64,000 bases of DNA, from contig NC_043020.1 in NCBI RefSeq assembly GCF_006345805.1, positions 6,696,001 through 6,760,000 on the forward strand, written 5' to 3'. Shown piece after piece: positions 26,801 through 40,181 of this stretch. Source of the stretch: Octopus sinensis (taxonomy: Eukaryota). The first letter of the stretch is position 1, and the number at the start of each line of letters is the position of its first letter. A program made the translations under genes and the position numbers. The notes beneath the pieces were generated by a model. That model did not search any database. It was not told the DNA's origin and saw only the letters and a list, made by a program, of their open reading frames with translations.

Positions 26801-26877
26801 AGCCAACAATTTGTTTCGACTTATATACATTTTTTGCTAGAAAAACAATTCCCTTATATATAAGCCTCATCAGAGCC
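26801..26877 (-). ncRNA. Degenerate type I hammerhead motif inside a ~365-bp fold-back (26687-27052)
   Basis: Minus: ggct-CTGATGA-ggcttatata...tatataagtc-GAAA-caaattg-TT-ggct; helix I relies on G-U pairs. Confidence 0.6.
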
Positions 26878-27050
26878 AGAGTTTAAAGATAGACGAAATT
26901 CCGTGTCAAAAGAATTTTGTTGTTTTTAGTGATGCACATATACATGGCTTTTGATGTTTTAATAATTATTTATGTTATCTTATATTATATTCATAGTATA
27001 TCATATAATATTATAATATAAAAAATTATTGGATTGTCAATAGTATCTCT

Positions 27051-27096
27051 CTCGGAGTTTCACGTTCCCGTTCGAACGGGAACGTGAAACTCCGAG
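27051..27096. repeat. Perfect 46-bp palindrome with no spacer
   Basis: ctcggagtttcacgttcccgttc|gaacgggaacgtgaaactccgag. Confidence 0.95.
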
Positions 27097-27135
27097 TAAC
27101 AGCTTTTGTTAAATTTCTGCTGCTTTTAAATAAAG

Positions 27136-27246
<111 letters not shown>

Positions 27247-27483
27247 CTTACTAAGTCGGGACGTGTGACGTTCAGTTAGTCATTAAATGAAAAAAATGCA
27301 TTAATTCCACAAAATGTAGACGTAGGACAGACACAGAAGGACTCTAATTTTTCATCAGTTATCGACCAAAATACTAATACTCAGTTTCGTGCCTAATAAG
27401 ACCGAGAACTTTGTATATCGGCGGTACCGTACGTTTTGTAGTATTTAATGCATTTTCCATTTATGTATGTACGTATGTATGTA

Positions 27484-28057
27484 TTAGGTTGGCAACTAAA
27501 TTCTCGCCGTTCTTTAAAATTCAAATTTTTTAAAAGGTTTAATAAAAAATAACTAATTAATCAATAATGTATTCACCCTTGTTGTTTACAACTTCTTCCC
27601 AACGTTCAACAAGATTTTCAATACCTCCTTGGTAGAAATCACTCGATTTCGACTCGAAAAATTGATCCAAACAAGCTCTCAATTCTGCATTAGTATTGAA
27701 CGAAACTCCGCGCATAGCATTTAAAAGAAATCGAAAGAGGTGGAAATCCGTTGGTGCCAAATCAGGAGAGTACGGTGGGTGTAGCAGCACTTCCAAGCCA
27801 TGCTTTTAAATGGCTTCCTTGGTCATATTGTCGATATGATGGCGGGCGTTGTCGTGCAGCAGAAGAACTCCATGCTAACGATTAGGTCTTTTCTCTTGAA
27901 TAGCCGTGTTGAGTCGCTCCATCTGTTGAACATAGAGTTCCACGTTGACCGTTTTGTTCCGTTGAAGCATTTCGTGATGGATAATCCCTTCCCAGTCCCA
28001 CCATACGCACAACATCGTTTTACGCGGATGAAGATCTTGTTTCACGCGCGGTGTCAC
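27484..28057 (-). mobile_element. Mariner (DD34D) transposon, 3' half, pseudogenised
   Basis: LHDNAR..HPPYSPDLAPTDFHLF with 34-aa D-D spacing and an internal stop; TA + TTAGGTTGGCAAC TIR. Confidence 0.92.
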
Positions 28058-28102
28058 TTGTTTATAAATCTACCAATGCCTACAAAGCATGTTCTCTCAT
28101 GA

Positions 28103-28201
<99 letters not shown>

Positions 28202-28215
28202 CCTCTATCTATCTT

Positions 28216-28302
<87 letters not shown>

Positions 28303-29255
28303 CTGTCTGTCTATCTATCTATCTATCTCCATCTGTCTATCTGTCTGTCTGCCTGTCCGTCTGTCCGTCTGTCTATCTACAGGGTAACCATAGGAAAAGG
28401 AAAAGCCACGCTTATGAACTTCATAAGAAAGTCCAAAACAGGTGGCTGGCAAATTTGTGGAAGAAACTATTACACCCAGGCCCTTAAAACAGAAGGAAGC
28501 AGCTCATCAAAGTATCGAGTAATCTCCCCTTGAACTTGAAACTTTATCCACCAGAGTGCTTGTAACAGAGTGAGCTGCTTGAGTGTCATGTGACATGTGA
28601 CATGTGACAGAATGTCATATGACAGGTGAAATATTCTACTATATAACAGATACAGGCAATCTCTTCACCTTCCGCCTATCAAATTCCAAGCTCAAGTCTT
28701 AGGCCGACCCGAGGTTACGACGAAAAGCACTTGGTCTTCGTACCGCGCTGAAGAATCGATCTGTGAAACACGTGATTACCAAGCAAATGTCTCAGTTGCA
28801 TGGTCATTGAAGAACAACTATATCATGCTCTTATCTCGTTCTCTTTCCAACTTGAAATGTCTGTCTGTGTGTCTAATCTCATATCCTTTCTGTTCTACTA
28901 TCGATACAATATCTTGCGATTACCTCACAGATCAGAAATCGATATTCTGGAGATATAAAAAAACAACAAAACAAAAACACAAGAAAGATACATACACAAA
29001 AAAAAAATCATTGAAGATTCTCAACAAATTTTAGCATTCTAACATATTTATGTCTTCGATAGATCTGGTGTTGCTGTTGTTGTTTTTGTTGCGTGTATAT
29101 ATATATATATATATATAATATATTATTATATATATATATGCGTAAATATTATATATGTACATGTATGTATATATGTATATATATAATGCATTATATGGTA
29201 TATATCGCTAGCCGCATATGTGCGTATCAGAATCTATTATCTATCTATCTATCTA

Positions 29256-29322
<67 letters not shown>

Positions 29323-29466
29323 ATGCGTGCATACATGTGTGTATATATGTATGTTTGTGTGTATGACGTGTATGTGTGTGTATATGTATGTATGTATATA
29401 TGTACATTAGCCACTACACACATTTTTTCTCTCTCCTTGTTTCTCTCCTTGTTTTTTTCTGTGTCC

Positions 29467-29502
29467 CTTTCTGTAGAAGAGCGTAGGCTCGAAACGTAAA
29501 AG
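29467..29502 (+). ncRNA. Ultra-minimal hammerhead-like motif with variant core
   Basis: cttt-CTGTAGA-a-gagc(gtag)gctc-GAAA-cg-TA-aaag; A6 replaced by U. Confidence 0.55.
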
Positions 29503-30419
29503 ACTTTTTCTATTCCCGAGCGTTATACTAATACATCTGTTTGTTTTGTACACCATCTGTCTTCGTCTTTTGTTTTTTTCGTAAACTCTCCCTATATATA
29601 TATTTGCGTACATATATACATATATATATATACACACATAAATATGTGCGTGCTACATACATTTATATATATATGCCAAAATTCAAAAGGCGGCAGAGGA
29701 AATGTAAACACACATACACACACACATATTGAGATAAAAGGTGGCGTATAATGAATTGTACACTGAAAAAAGAAAAAGGAAAAAGAAACGAAGAAACTGA
29801 CGTTTCGGATAAACTCTTCATGAAGTGGAGTAAGAAAGAGACAAAGAAGCAAAGGCAAGAAGAAAAGAAACGATACTTGTTTAAAGAATGCATCTACCTT
29901 TATAAAATTTAAGTTGATAGCACAAACAGACATATGTAGACTTTCAGAATATTCTTGAAAAAAGGCGGCGAGATGGGAGAAACGTTAGCACGCCGGGTGA
30001 GATGCTTACAGGTATTTCGTCTGCCGTTACGTACTGAGTTCAAATTCCGCCGAGGTCGACTTTGCCTTTCATCCTTTAGGGGTCGATAAGTTAAGTACCA
30101 GTTGCGTACTGGGGTCGATCTAATCGGCTGGCCCCCACCCCACCAAATTTCGGGTAGAAAAGTATATTTAAAGGCGGCGAGCTGGCGGAAACGTTAGCAC
30201 GCCGGGCGAAATGCTTCACAGTATTTCGTCTGTAGCGTACTGGGGTCGATCTAATCGACTGGCGCCCTCACCAGAAATTTCGGGCCTTGTGCCTAAAATA
30301 GAAAAGGATATTGTTGAAAAGGGATAGTTTGCTAAGTGCCACGAACGAAACTTTCGGCTTTTGAGTCACTTTGTTGTCGAGTAAAATTTCATTAGTAATA
30401 TGATATAATTATATATGTC

Positions 30420-30685
30420 TGGTACTTATTGTATCGACCCTTTGGCCGAACCGCTAAGTTACGGGGACGTAAACATATTAACACTAGTTGTCAAGCGGTG
30501 ATGGGTTACACACACGCGCGCACACAACGGGATTCTTTCAGTTTCTATTTATTAAATCCATTCACAAGTCTTTGGTCGGCCCGAGGCTATTTTAGAAGAT
30601 CCTTGTCCAAGGTGCCACGCAGTGGGACTGAATCCGGATCCATGTGGTTGGTAAGCAAGCTACTTACCACACAGCCACTCCTGCA
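30420..30685 (-). mobile_element. SINE family B, partial
   Basis: Reverse-complement head ending cacacagccactcctgc. Confidence 0.85.
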
Positions 30686-30686
30686 C

Positions 30687-30753
<67 letters not shown>

Positions 30754-30780
30754 CTATCTATCTATATATATATATATATG

Positions 30781-31690
30781 CAGGGTGCGGTGAATAAACT
30801 GTCGTCTAAATTACGCAAAAAAGAAAATAACGCTGACATCTCATTTTAACAGATATATTTACCAAAATTACATTAAAATATCTTGAAATACTAAAAGAGT
30901 AAATTAATTCAATAAAATCGTCTGGCTTCAGCTATGGCCTCCAGACGACTTCGGAATCTCCTGCAATTCTTCTGGACGGTCTCCTTGTTTAAGATGGTGA
31001 ATGCTGCCATAATCCTTGCCTTCTGTTCATCTTTGGTGTTACAAGGAGTTTTGTTGGCCTCTCGCTTAACTGCATCCCACACATAATAATCAAGGGGGTT
31101 GCAGTCTGGGGAGTTAGGTGGCCAGATGTTAGGGGTGATGTGGTCGCAGAAATTGTCTGACAGCCATGACTGGGTTCTTCTGCTTGTACAGCGTGGTGCA
31201 GAGTCCTGTTGCCAGATATAGGTTCTTCTAGCAGCCACCCTCTTAACCCAGGGCAGTACTACCCCTTCCAGGCACTTGATGTAGGCCTCCGCATTGAGTC
31301 TGAGGCCGTTTGGGAAGATGAATAGAGGCATAACTTCGCCATCACGAGTGATCACTCCAAACACCATGATATTGACTGGATGTTTGATTTTTATCACTTT
31401 CGGTACATATTTGGGGGACACAGAAAGCCATCGGTTGTTCTGTGTTCACCATCTGATCCTGGTAGAAATTTTTCTCGTCTGAGAAAACTCAAAGCATGTT
31501 CGGTTCGAGGGGATGCCTGAGTTTGTCCAAAGGCTTCCTAGCACGGTTTTTCTTCTTGTCCTTGATGGCTTGGGGGGATAAAAATTGGAGCTTTCGGCGC
31601 GAATGCCAGCAGTACAGCATGTCGTTTCCAAATTTCTCGCAAGGCGAATTGCGGTCATGGTGCTGTTTTCTAACAGACGGTGCCCAACTA
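30781..31690 (-). mobile_element. maT (DD37D) transposon remnant, internally deleted
   Basis: FSDEK (frameshifted), QQDSAP...WPPNSPDCNPLDYYVW with 37-aa spacing; end CAGGGTG at 30781. Confidence 0.9.
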
Positions 31691-31964
31691 ACCCTACTAT
31701 ACTGTTTAGTCGAAAAAAAAAACACAACAACAAAAACAAAAAACAAAGCGCATGCGCAAAATTAAAAGTATAAAATGGCAACAGTTGTACCTTGTATTCA
31801 TACACACACACACACCACACACACACACATATATATACATATATATGTACACATACATATATATATGTATACATATACCATATAATAGTATATATAGATA
31901 TATGTATGCGATGTGTATATATATAAGATATATAGTAATATATATAGCGTGTGCAGTATATGTG

Positions 31965-32031
31965 TAAGTGTAGTAGCGAATAGTAGTAGTAGTAGTAGGT
32001 AGTCGTGTGTAGCAGTACTAGTGGTGCTGGC

Positions 32032-32078
<47 letters not shown>

Positions 32079-32508
32079 ACAGTAGTAGTAGTGTAGCAGT
32101 ACTAGTGTGCTGGCGGCGGTGAATAGTAGTATAGTAGTAGTAGTAGAGTAGTAGTAGTAGTAGCGCAGTATAGCAGTCGTAGCTAAGTACTAGTGGTTGC
32201 TGGCGGTGGTAGTAGTAGTAGTTAGTAGTAGTAGTATTAGCAAGTAGAGTAGTAGAGTAGCAGTAGTAGTAAGTAGCAGTCGTAGCAGTACTAGTAAGTA
32301 GTGGCGTAGTTGGTCGTACATAGTCAGTAGTAAGTAGTAGGAGCTAGTAGTAGTAGTAGTGTAGATAGGTAGTAGTAAGTCAGTAGTAGTAGTAGCAGTC
32401 GTAGCAGTACTAGTGGTGCTGGCGGTGGTAGTAGTAAGTAGTAGTAGTAGTAGTAGTAGTAGTAGCAGTAGTAGTAGTAGCAGTCGTAGCAGTACTAGTG
32501 GTGCTGGC

Positions 32509-32555
<47 letters not shown>

Positions 32556-32614
32556 CAGTAGTAGTAGTAGCAGTCGTAGCAGTACTAGTGGTGCTGGCGG
32601 TGGTAGTAGTAGTA

Positions 32615-32653
<39 letters not shown>

Positions 32654-32681
32654 CAGTCGTAGCAGTACTAGTGGTGCTGGC

Positions 32682-32718
<37 letters not shown>

Positions 32719-32755
32719 TAGTAGCAGCAGTACTGGTGGTGGTAGTAGTAGTAGT
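31965..32755. repeat. (AGT)n array with recurring gcagtcgtagcagtactagtggtgctggcggtggt units
   Basis: Direct reading; 31965-32400 is indel-rich. Confidence 0.9.
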
Positions 32756-33018
32756 GGCCGCAGTAGTAGCGGTCGTGAGATTGGCGTCGGTGAGGAGGTA
32801 GCGTTGTTTCTGTGATTTAGTTGTCGTGACGAGACATCTCCTTGACGTTTTGCACCGCCATAGTGCGGGGTGAGGGGCATGGCGGATGAGTGTCCACTTC
32901 TTAGAGACAGTCACGTCTTCCAGATCAACGCTGAGGTCAGTGTATTTGATAGTTGACCCTCTCATCAAGTTGACCCCCATCAATTGTGCTTTGAGAGAGA
33001 GAGAGAGAGAGAGAAAGA

Positions 33019-33084
<66 letters not shown>

Positions 33085-33319
33085 ATATGTCGTCCGTTTT
33101 TCCGTCTTTGTTTTGTATTCGAGGCTTTCTTCCTAGGAATCTAATGCGCTTGGCTTAGATTTTCCTTTGGGGCTGGCCAGATTGGAGCAATCTCAAGATT
33201 AATCAGCCGAAATGGCGAGGATGATCCGGTTCTTGACTGAAGATTGAAGGCTTCGAATGTCCCGTCCGTGTTTTTTGTATCGTCTTCTAAATGTTTTGCG
33301 TTCTTGTCCCAGTTTGTAT

Positions 33320-33402
<83 letters not shown>

Positions 33403-33461
33403 GAGAGAATGGAACGAAATTGTTTGACAGTTGACTTCTGCTGCTGCTACCGTTGATGTTG

Positions 33462-33765
33462 TGGAGGCACATGGCCTAGTGGTTATAGCAGCGGATTCGT
33501 GGTCGAGAGATCGCGGGTTCGAATCTCAGACCGGGTGACGTGTGTGTTTATGAGTGAAACACCTAAGCTCCACACGGCTTCGGCAGAAGGTAATGGGGAA
33601 ACTACTGCTGACTCTTTCGCCACAACCTTCTCTCACTCTTTGCTCCTGCATCTTGCAACTCACCTGCGACGGACCGGCGTCCCGTACAGGTGGAGAACCT
33701 ATACTCAAGGAAACCGGGAAACCGGCCCTATGAGCCAGGCATGGCTCGAGAAGGAACAAACAAGC
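33462..33765 (+). mobile_element. SINE family D variant
   Basis: tggcctagtggtt A box, gggttcgaatc B box; body similar to 8815-9122. Confidence 0.85.
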
Positions 33766-34084
33766 TGCTGATGGTGGTGGTGGTGATGATGGTGATGATA
33801 TAGCCATAGTTGTTGTTGTATAGCCAAACTGACATCTGATCAAGCAAACCTATCATCAGAGACATTCTAACCACGACCATTTCCTCTCTATTTATCCCCA
33901 GACATATTTTGAACCTTGTACCACGCCGTAATGCATGATTTAAGAAAAAGAAATTGCTTACTCTTTCTAGCAAGTCAAATGACCACTTCGACCGTCCTCG
34001 TGAGACACTCTGACGGAACCAGGAATCCATTCCTCTGTATGCTATGATTACAAGGAACTGCTGAACATAGCACAGGAATGATGT

Positions 34085-34425
34085 ACTGTATGTACCACCC
34101 TATGGTACCTAGTTACAACTAAGTAAAGTGTATCACTTTGGGATGCGTCTTTACAACTATATCGCTTATACCTTCAAATATTGCCTATTAACAGCAAAGT
34201 GAATTGTACTACATTGGGTGCCTATTAACAGCTAAGTAAATTGTACCACCTTGAGGTACGTATTTACAGTTATATCGCTTGTACCTTCCAGTATTGCCTA
34301 TTTTCAGCGAAGAAACATGTACTCCCTTGGGTGCCTATTAGTAGCTAAGTAAAATGTACCATCCTATGGCACATATTCACAGCTATGTGTATCAATCTAA
34401 GACACATATTTACCGCTAAGTCGTT
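34085..34425. repeat. Degenerate ~40-bp tandem repeat with ~120-bp higher-order period
   Basis: Recurrent gcctattaacagctaagtaaattgtaccac-like units. Confidence 0.6.
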
Positions 34426-34750
34426 TAAATCTTATGTATGTATGTATGCATGTATGCATGTGTGTGTGTATGTTTGCATGTGTGTGGAAGAGCCGTGGCC
34501 TAGTGGTTAATGGTTAATCTTGGTCGTAAGATTGGGGTTTCGATTTCTGGACTTGACGATGTGTTGTGTTCTTGAGCAAAACACTTCATTTCATGTTGCT
34601 CCGACTGGAGTAATCCTGCGACGGACTGGCATTCCGCCTAGAGAGGGAATATATACGCCAGAGGGACCGGGAAACTAGCCTCTCGCTTGGAAAGGACGTT
34701 TGATTCTTTATATACATATACATACATATATATATATATATATAATATAT

Positions 34751-34819
<69 letters not shown>

Positions 34820-35489
34820 TGTGTGTGTAAGCCATCTAAGAGTCCATAACTCAGGAAAATATGCATTCGTGTATCTGTCAATAGAGTGAGTATATTAATC
34901 GAAGTGTAGTGTCATATTTCCATTACGGCCGATTGGTAAGATCGATATATAATACTGTACACTTTGATTAATACACACACACACACACCTTCGTGTTTAT
35001 GTTATGTTGTTCTTCACCACCACTTTTACAGCTATTGTTGGTTTGTTTACGTCCCCATAACTTAGCGATTCTGCAAAAGGATGGACGAAATAAGAAAATA
35101 AGTACCAGTTAAAAATTCAAAAACACCCTCCTCAGTTCAGTGCCCCAGCTTGGCCGCAATCCAATGGCTGAAACAAATAAAAAGACAAAAAGAAATATAC
35201 TTATTTTGATTTCTATCATATGTGTGTCTGTCTGTCTCTTTCGTTTTTAATCATTTTAGTTCTTCCTCTTAAGAAGGAACTCCTTTCTAACCAAAGATAC
35301 AAAGCTCAATCTTTGGAATGTAGATAACGAAAAACTGTCACATTTTAAACTTGACCTTCCATAGTTCTTTTGCCTGGTGTCCGTGACCGAAGAGGAGATA
35401 ACTACTCCGAAATGCTTGCATTTCACGGTCTGGACAGGTGGCGCTGCGAACTGATCTAGGTGTTTTCACACCACTTGTGAACAAACAGG

Positions 35490-35751
35490 GAATCTTTTCC
35501 TTTTGAACGGCACATGTCAACACAATTTCTACACTTTTAAACTTCGTATACTGGTAGAATGTGTTTATAAAATATCATTTTTTCTTGGCTTTATTGAGAA
35601 AACTCTATATGTTGTAACATAATTCCATTTTAATTTCAAGCATTTCGGCAATTTTAACCAATCGCTGACCTCCAAATGCTCGAAATTTCAGACGAAATAT
35701 CTTACAAACTAGAAATTGTGTTGACATGTGCCGTTCAAAAGGAAAAGATCC
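35490..35751. mobile_element. MITE with ~42-bp TIR and 8-bp TSD (superfamily unassigned)
   Basis: 35492-35531 is the perfect reverse complement of 35710-35749; TSD caaacagg on both sides. Confidence 0.88.
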
Positions 35752-36319
35752 CAAACAGGATATATTTTCCGTTACAAAACGCAGTGAGTAGCTTGTTCAC
35801 AGGTTCGACGAACCCCAAGCATATTCGGAATGATAAAAACATTACAATTTTACTTACCACTGTTAAGAGCTCCCCTTAGTGGTTTCCAGTAAAATGTGAG
35901 CCTCTCATACCAGTATCCAACTATTAGGCCCCTTCAAGGTGCCATCCCATAATGCAGTTTGCCTGCAGCTATGGAAAATGGTTCCGGATCAATTGCATGT
36001 GTTGTACTGTTGATGCAAATGCAGTATTCTCTCTTAACTGCATTTAAGCACGATGCATTGCAGTTGACATGTGTGTATGTATGTATGTATGTATGCATGC
36101 ATGCATGCATGCATGCATGTATGTATGTATGTATGTATGTATGTATGTATGTATGTATGTATGTTTGTATGTATGTATGTATGTATGTATGTATGTATGT
36201 ATGCATGCATGCATGTATGTTTGTATGTATGTATGTATGTATGTATGTATGCATGCATGCATGCATGTATGTATGTATGTATGTATGTATGTATGTATGT
36301 ATGTATGTATGTATGTATG

Positions 36320-36690
36320 AGATTGACATGCAGTGTCTGTGCAAGACTCTGCCTCAGTAAAGCTGGACTCAAGAGTCGTCTTCGTAGTCATAAAGCGAGA
36401 CAGATGAGTGACAACCTGGCCACTGGTGGTGGTGTTACACACCATACTAATCATATCTGTCGGGCATGTGGAAGAGAGTGTAATTCGGCAGGAGGACTTA
36501 AACGACATGCAAAGGTACATGAAGCCCAGTTACAACTACAGCCAGCTACTGCCACTAAAGGTTTTAGCTGCCAATTCTGTACAAGACATTGTAGATCTTT
36601 AGCTAGGCTAGAGTCACATTCGATCACAGCACCAATTATAGTTAAGCTTCGTGCAATGGCCATACTCGATAACGAGGGGGCAGCCATCAT
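36320..36690 (+). mobile_element. RTE-type LINE 3' end encoding three C2H2-like zinc fingers
   Basis: CSVC..LRSH, CRAC..LKRHAKVH, CQFC..LESH, then an RTE-like terminus catactcgataacgagggggcagccatcat. Confidence 0.65.
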
Positions 36691-36714
36691 GTATCTATCT
36701 ATCTACCTTTCCTT

Positions 36715-37120
36715 CTTTTATTCTTTTACATGTTTTAGTCATTTGACTGCGGTCATGCTGGAGCACCGACTTTAGTCGAACAAATTGACCCCAGGACTTA
36801 TTCTTTGTAAGCCTAGTACTTACTCTATCGTTCTCTTTTGCCGAACCGCTAGTTGATGGGGACACGAGCAGACGAATATCGGTTGTTGACGGATGGTGGT
36901 GGTGGTGGTGAGGGGGACAAACACAAACACAAATGATAAATACACACACACACAAATACGACGGGCTTCTTTCAGTTTCCGCCTACCAAATCCACTAAAA
37001 AGGTTTTGGTCGGCCCGAGGCTATAGTAGAAGATACTTGCCCAAGGTGCCACGCGGTGGGACTGAACCCAAAACCATGTGGTTGGGAAACAAGCTTCTTA
37101 CTACACAGCCACTCCTACGC
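36715..37120 (-). mobile_element. SINE family B
   Basis: Full reverse-complement copy. Confidence 0.9.
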
Positions 37121-37326
37121 CCCTCTCTCTCTCTCTCTCTAACTATCTGTCTATTTATCCTTGTGCAGACATACATATACATACGTATAAATACACATGC
37201 ATACATATATACACTTACGTATACACGGATATCTATAAACATAAATCTATATCTATATATTATATATACGATATATATATATATATATATATGTGTATGT
37301 ATGTATAACATATGCGATATATATGC

Positions 37327-37361
<35 letters not shown>

Positions 37362-37404
37362 CGATATATATGCATATATTAATATATATATCTATATATG
37401 CATT

Positions 37405-37436
<32 letters not shown>

Positions 37437-37445
37437 CACCACACA

Positions 37446-37521
<76 letters not shown>

Positions 37522-38179
37522 CATAGTAATCCTTAATGGAAAAATTTTCGATTGAAAAAAATAAAGGCAAATGTGGGTTGTTTTTTTTGTTATTAACGCA
37601 GATGAAAAACAAACAAGCAAATAATGATTTCTGGAAACAAAAAACTATAAATAAACAAGTAAAACTAACAAACAAGACACAGAAATGGCGATATATATTA
37701 AAACGTTTCCGGTCATATATTATAAACGATATCTCATATTCATCGTCTTTTCATATTGATATTTTTCCGTGGGTCATAAAAATCACGTATTTTATTGGAA
37801 AACACGCAATACAATGACCAGAAAACGAAGCAAAACAACAGAAACGACGAGAGACAGACGTTTTATAATTTATATTGAAACAGTAAAATGGCGACCAGCT
37901 GCGATTATGGCGGGGAAACAGGATACAATAGCAGACGACATTTCGTTTCTCGTTTATTTTTGTTATTATTATTTAAAATGCAATCGTGTGAAGACTATTT
38001 ATTTGTGAAAGATTTCGATAACAACCGGCTTGTTCTGTTTCTCGTTGCGTCGAGAAGTCTGTTTGTAAATGTATATCTCATGAAATATAAAATAATTTTT
38101 TGTTTTATCATCTAGACTCACGGATTTGTTTTTTAGATGGCGGAAACTCAGCCTGTAAAGCAATAAGTTATATTTATGA

Positions 38180-38250
<71 letters not shown>

Positions 38251-38620
38251 TTCATTCAAATACACACACACACGCACGTAAGTGTGTATGTGTGTGATAA
38301 CTGAATGGGGGGAAAAGAGGACGTGAGTGATAGAGCGATATTTACGTAAACATAGAGATATCTTATTTACTTATTTCTATAATTGATGAGGGGAAATCGA
38401 GCAAAGGGGAGGGAGAGGGGGTAATATATCGTATGAAACTTGAGTCAATATCTTGCTTTTAATTCTCTCTCTCTCTCTCTCTCTCTCAATCTCTCATCAC
38501 TCTTGCTCTTTAACTCTATCAACCTCTATCTGTTCCTATTTATCTATTTTTTCCATTTTGTCTCAGTGCTGCCCTCTCGCTTACCCTATTTCTTTAGTCC
38601 CCCCTCCTTTCTCCTCCTTT

Positions 38621-38698
<78 letters not shown>

Positions 38699-38699
38699 A

Positions 38700-38767
<68 letters not shown>

Positions 38768-39504
38768 TTTCGCTTTTACTTTACCTTTCTCACAATCTCT
38801 TCCTCTCTCCCCTTCTCCCTTTCTAACCCACTTTCCTTCACCCTTTCTCAATCTTTCTGTATACCCATCCTCCTCCTTCTCCTCCTCCTCCGCTCTCTCC
38901 CTCTGTCTTTCACACATGAACAACAGTCACACAAACAAACAAATATATGCAATATAAACTCCTTCATTTAATAATAATAAAATCAGGAGGCATGAGATGT
39001 GAATATAGATTATTATTCACACGAGCTGGCAGAAACGTTAGCACGTCGGGCTAAATACTTAGCGATATTTCGTCTGTCTTTATGTTCTGAGTTCAAATTC
39101 TGCTGAGGTCAACTTTGTCTGTCATCCTTTCGGGCGTCGATAAATTAAATACTAATTGCGTACTGGGGTTGATCTAATCGACTGGAGCTCTCTCCCAAAA
39201 TTTCGGGCCTTGTGCCTAGAGTAGAAAAGACTCTTATTTACACGATTTCTATATGCTTACAGCCGTTTCGTAACCGTGAAGTATTTATTTCAACATATCA
39301 AATTATATACATATGTTTTACATCAATATTCACATTTAGCATTATATAATGTAAATGTATATCATATAGAGAAGTATAATAGAGAAAACTAACTCATTTG
39401 ATCATTCATATCGGAACATCAAGCAAAATCCTACAGCGTCACAACCCCAGAGGAAGGAGACCCCTTAGGAACTGGTAAATCCCTGAAAGTATACATATTA
39501 TTAC

Positions 39505-39718
39505 TCTCTCTTTTACTTGTTTCAGTCATTTTGACTACGGCCATGCTGGAGCACCGCCTTTAGTCGAGCATCTCGACCCCGGGACTTATTCTTTGTAAGC
39601 CCAGTACTTATTCTATCGGTCTCTTTTGCCGAACCGCTAAGTGACGGGGACATAAACACACCAGCATCGGTTGTCAAGCAATGCTAGGGGGACAAACACA
39701 GACACATAAACACACACA

Positions 39719-39785
<67 letters not shown>

Positions 39786-39978
39786 TACATATATATACAT
39801 ATATATACATATATACGACGAGCTTCTTTCAGTTTCCGTCTACCAAATCCAATCACAAGGCTTTGGTCGGCCCGAGGCTATAGTAGGAGACACTTGCCCA
39901 AGGTGCCACGCAGTGGGACTGAACCGGGAACCATGTGGCTGGTAAGCAAGCTATTTACCACACAGCTACTCCTGCGCC
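39505..39978 (-). mobile_element. SINE family B, well preserved
   Basis: Full reverse-complement copy with internal (TA)n. Confidence 0.9.
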
Positions 39979-40138
39979 TATTATATACATATTATTTGTA
40001 TTTTCGTTAGTATTTCTTATACGCCCGTCAGCAGCAGCGGAAGAGCGTCCTGCGAAACGTTCCTTATTGATACTGTGTTACACAACACTGAATCGCTCCG
40101 ATCAGGGGAGACAATTCGCGTCGTAGATGAACAAGCAA

Positions 40139-40181
40139 GGTAGATATCGATATTTCACAGTACTTTCAGCTCTTCAGCACC
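40139..40181 (-). ncRNA. Type I hammerhead motif with weak helix II
   Basis: Minus: ggtg-CTGAAGA-gc...gt-GAAA-tatcgata-TC-tacc; perfect palindromic helix III. Confidence 0.6.

Noticed and set aside
33235-33265. CTGAAGA...GAAT motif, repeated near 51935
   Set aside because: GAAA is broken and helices I and II do not pair in either copy.
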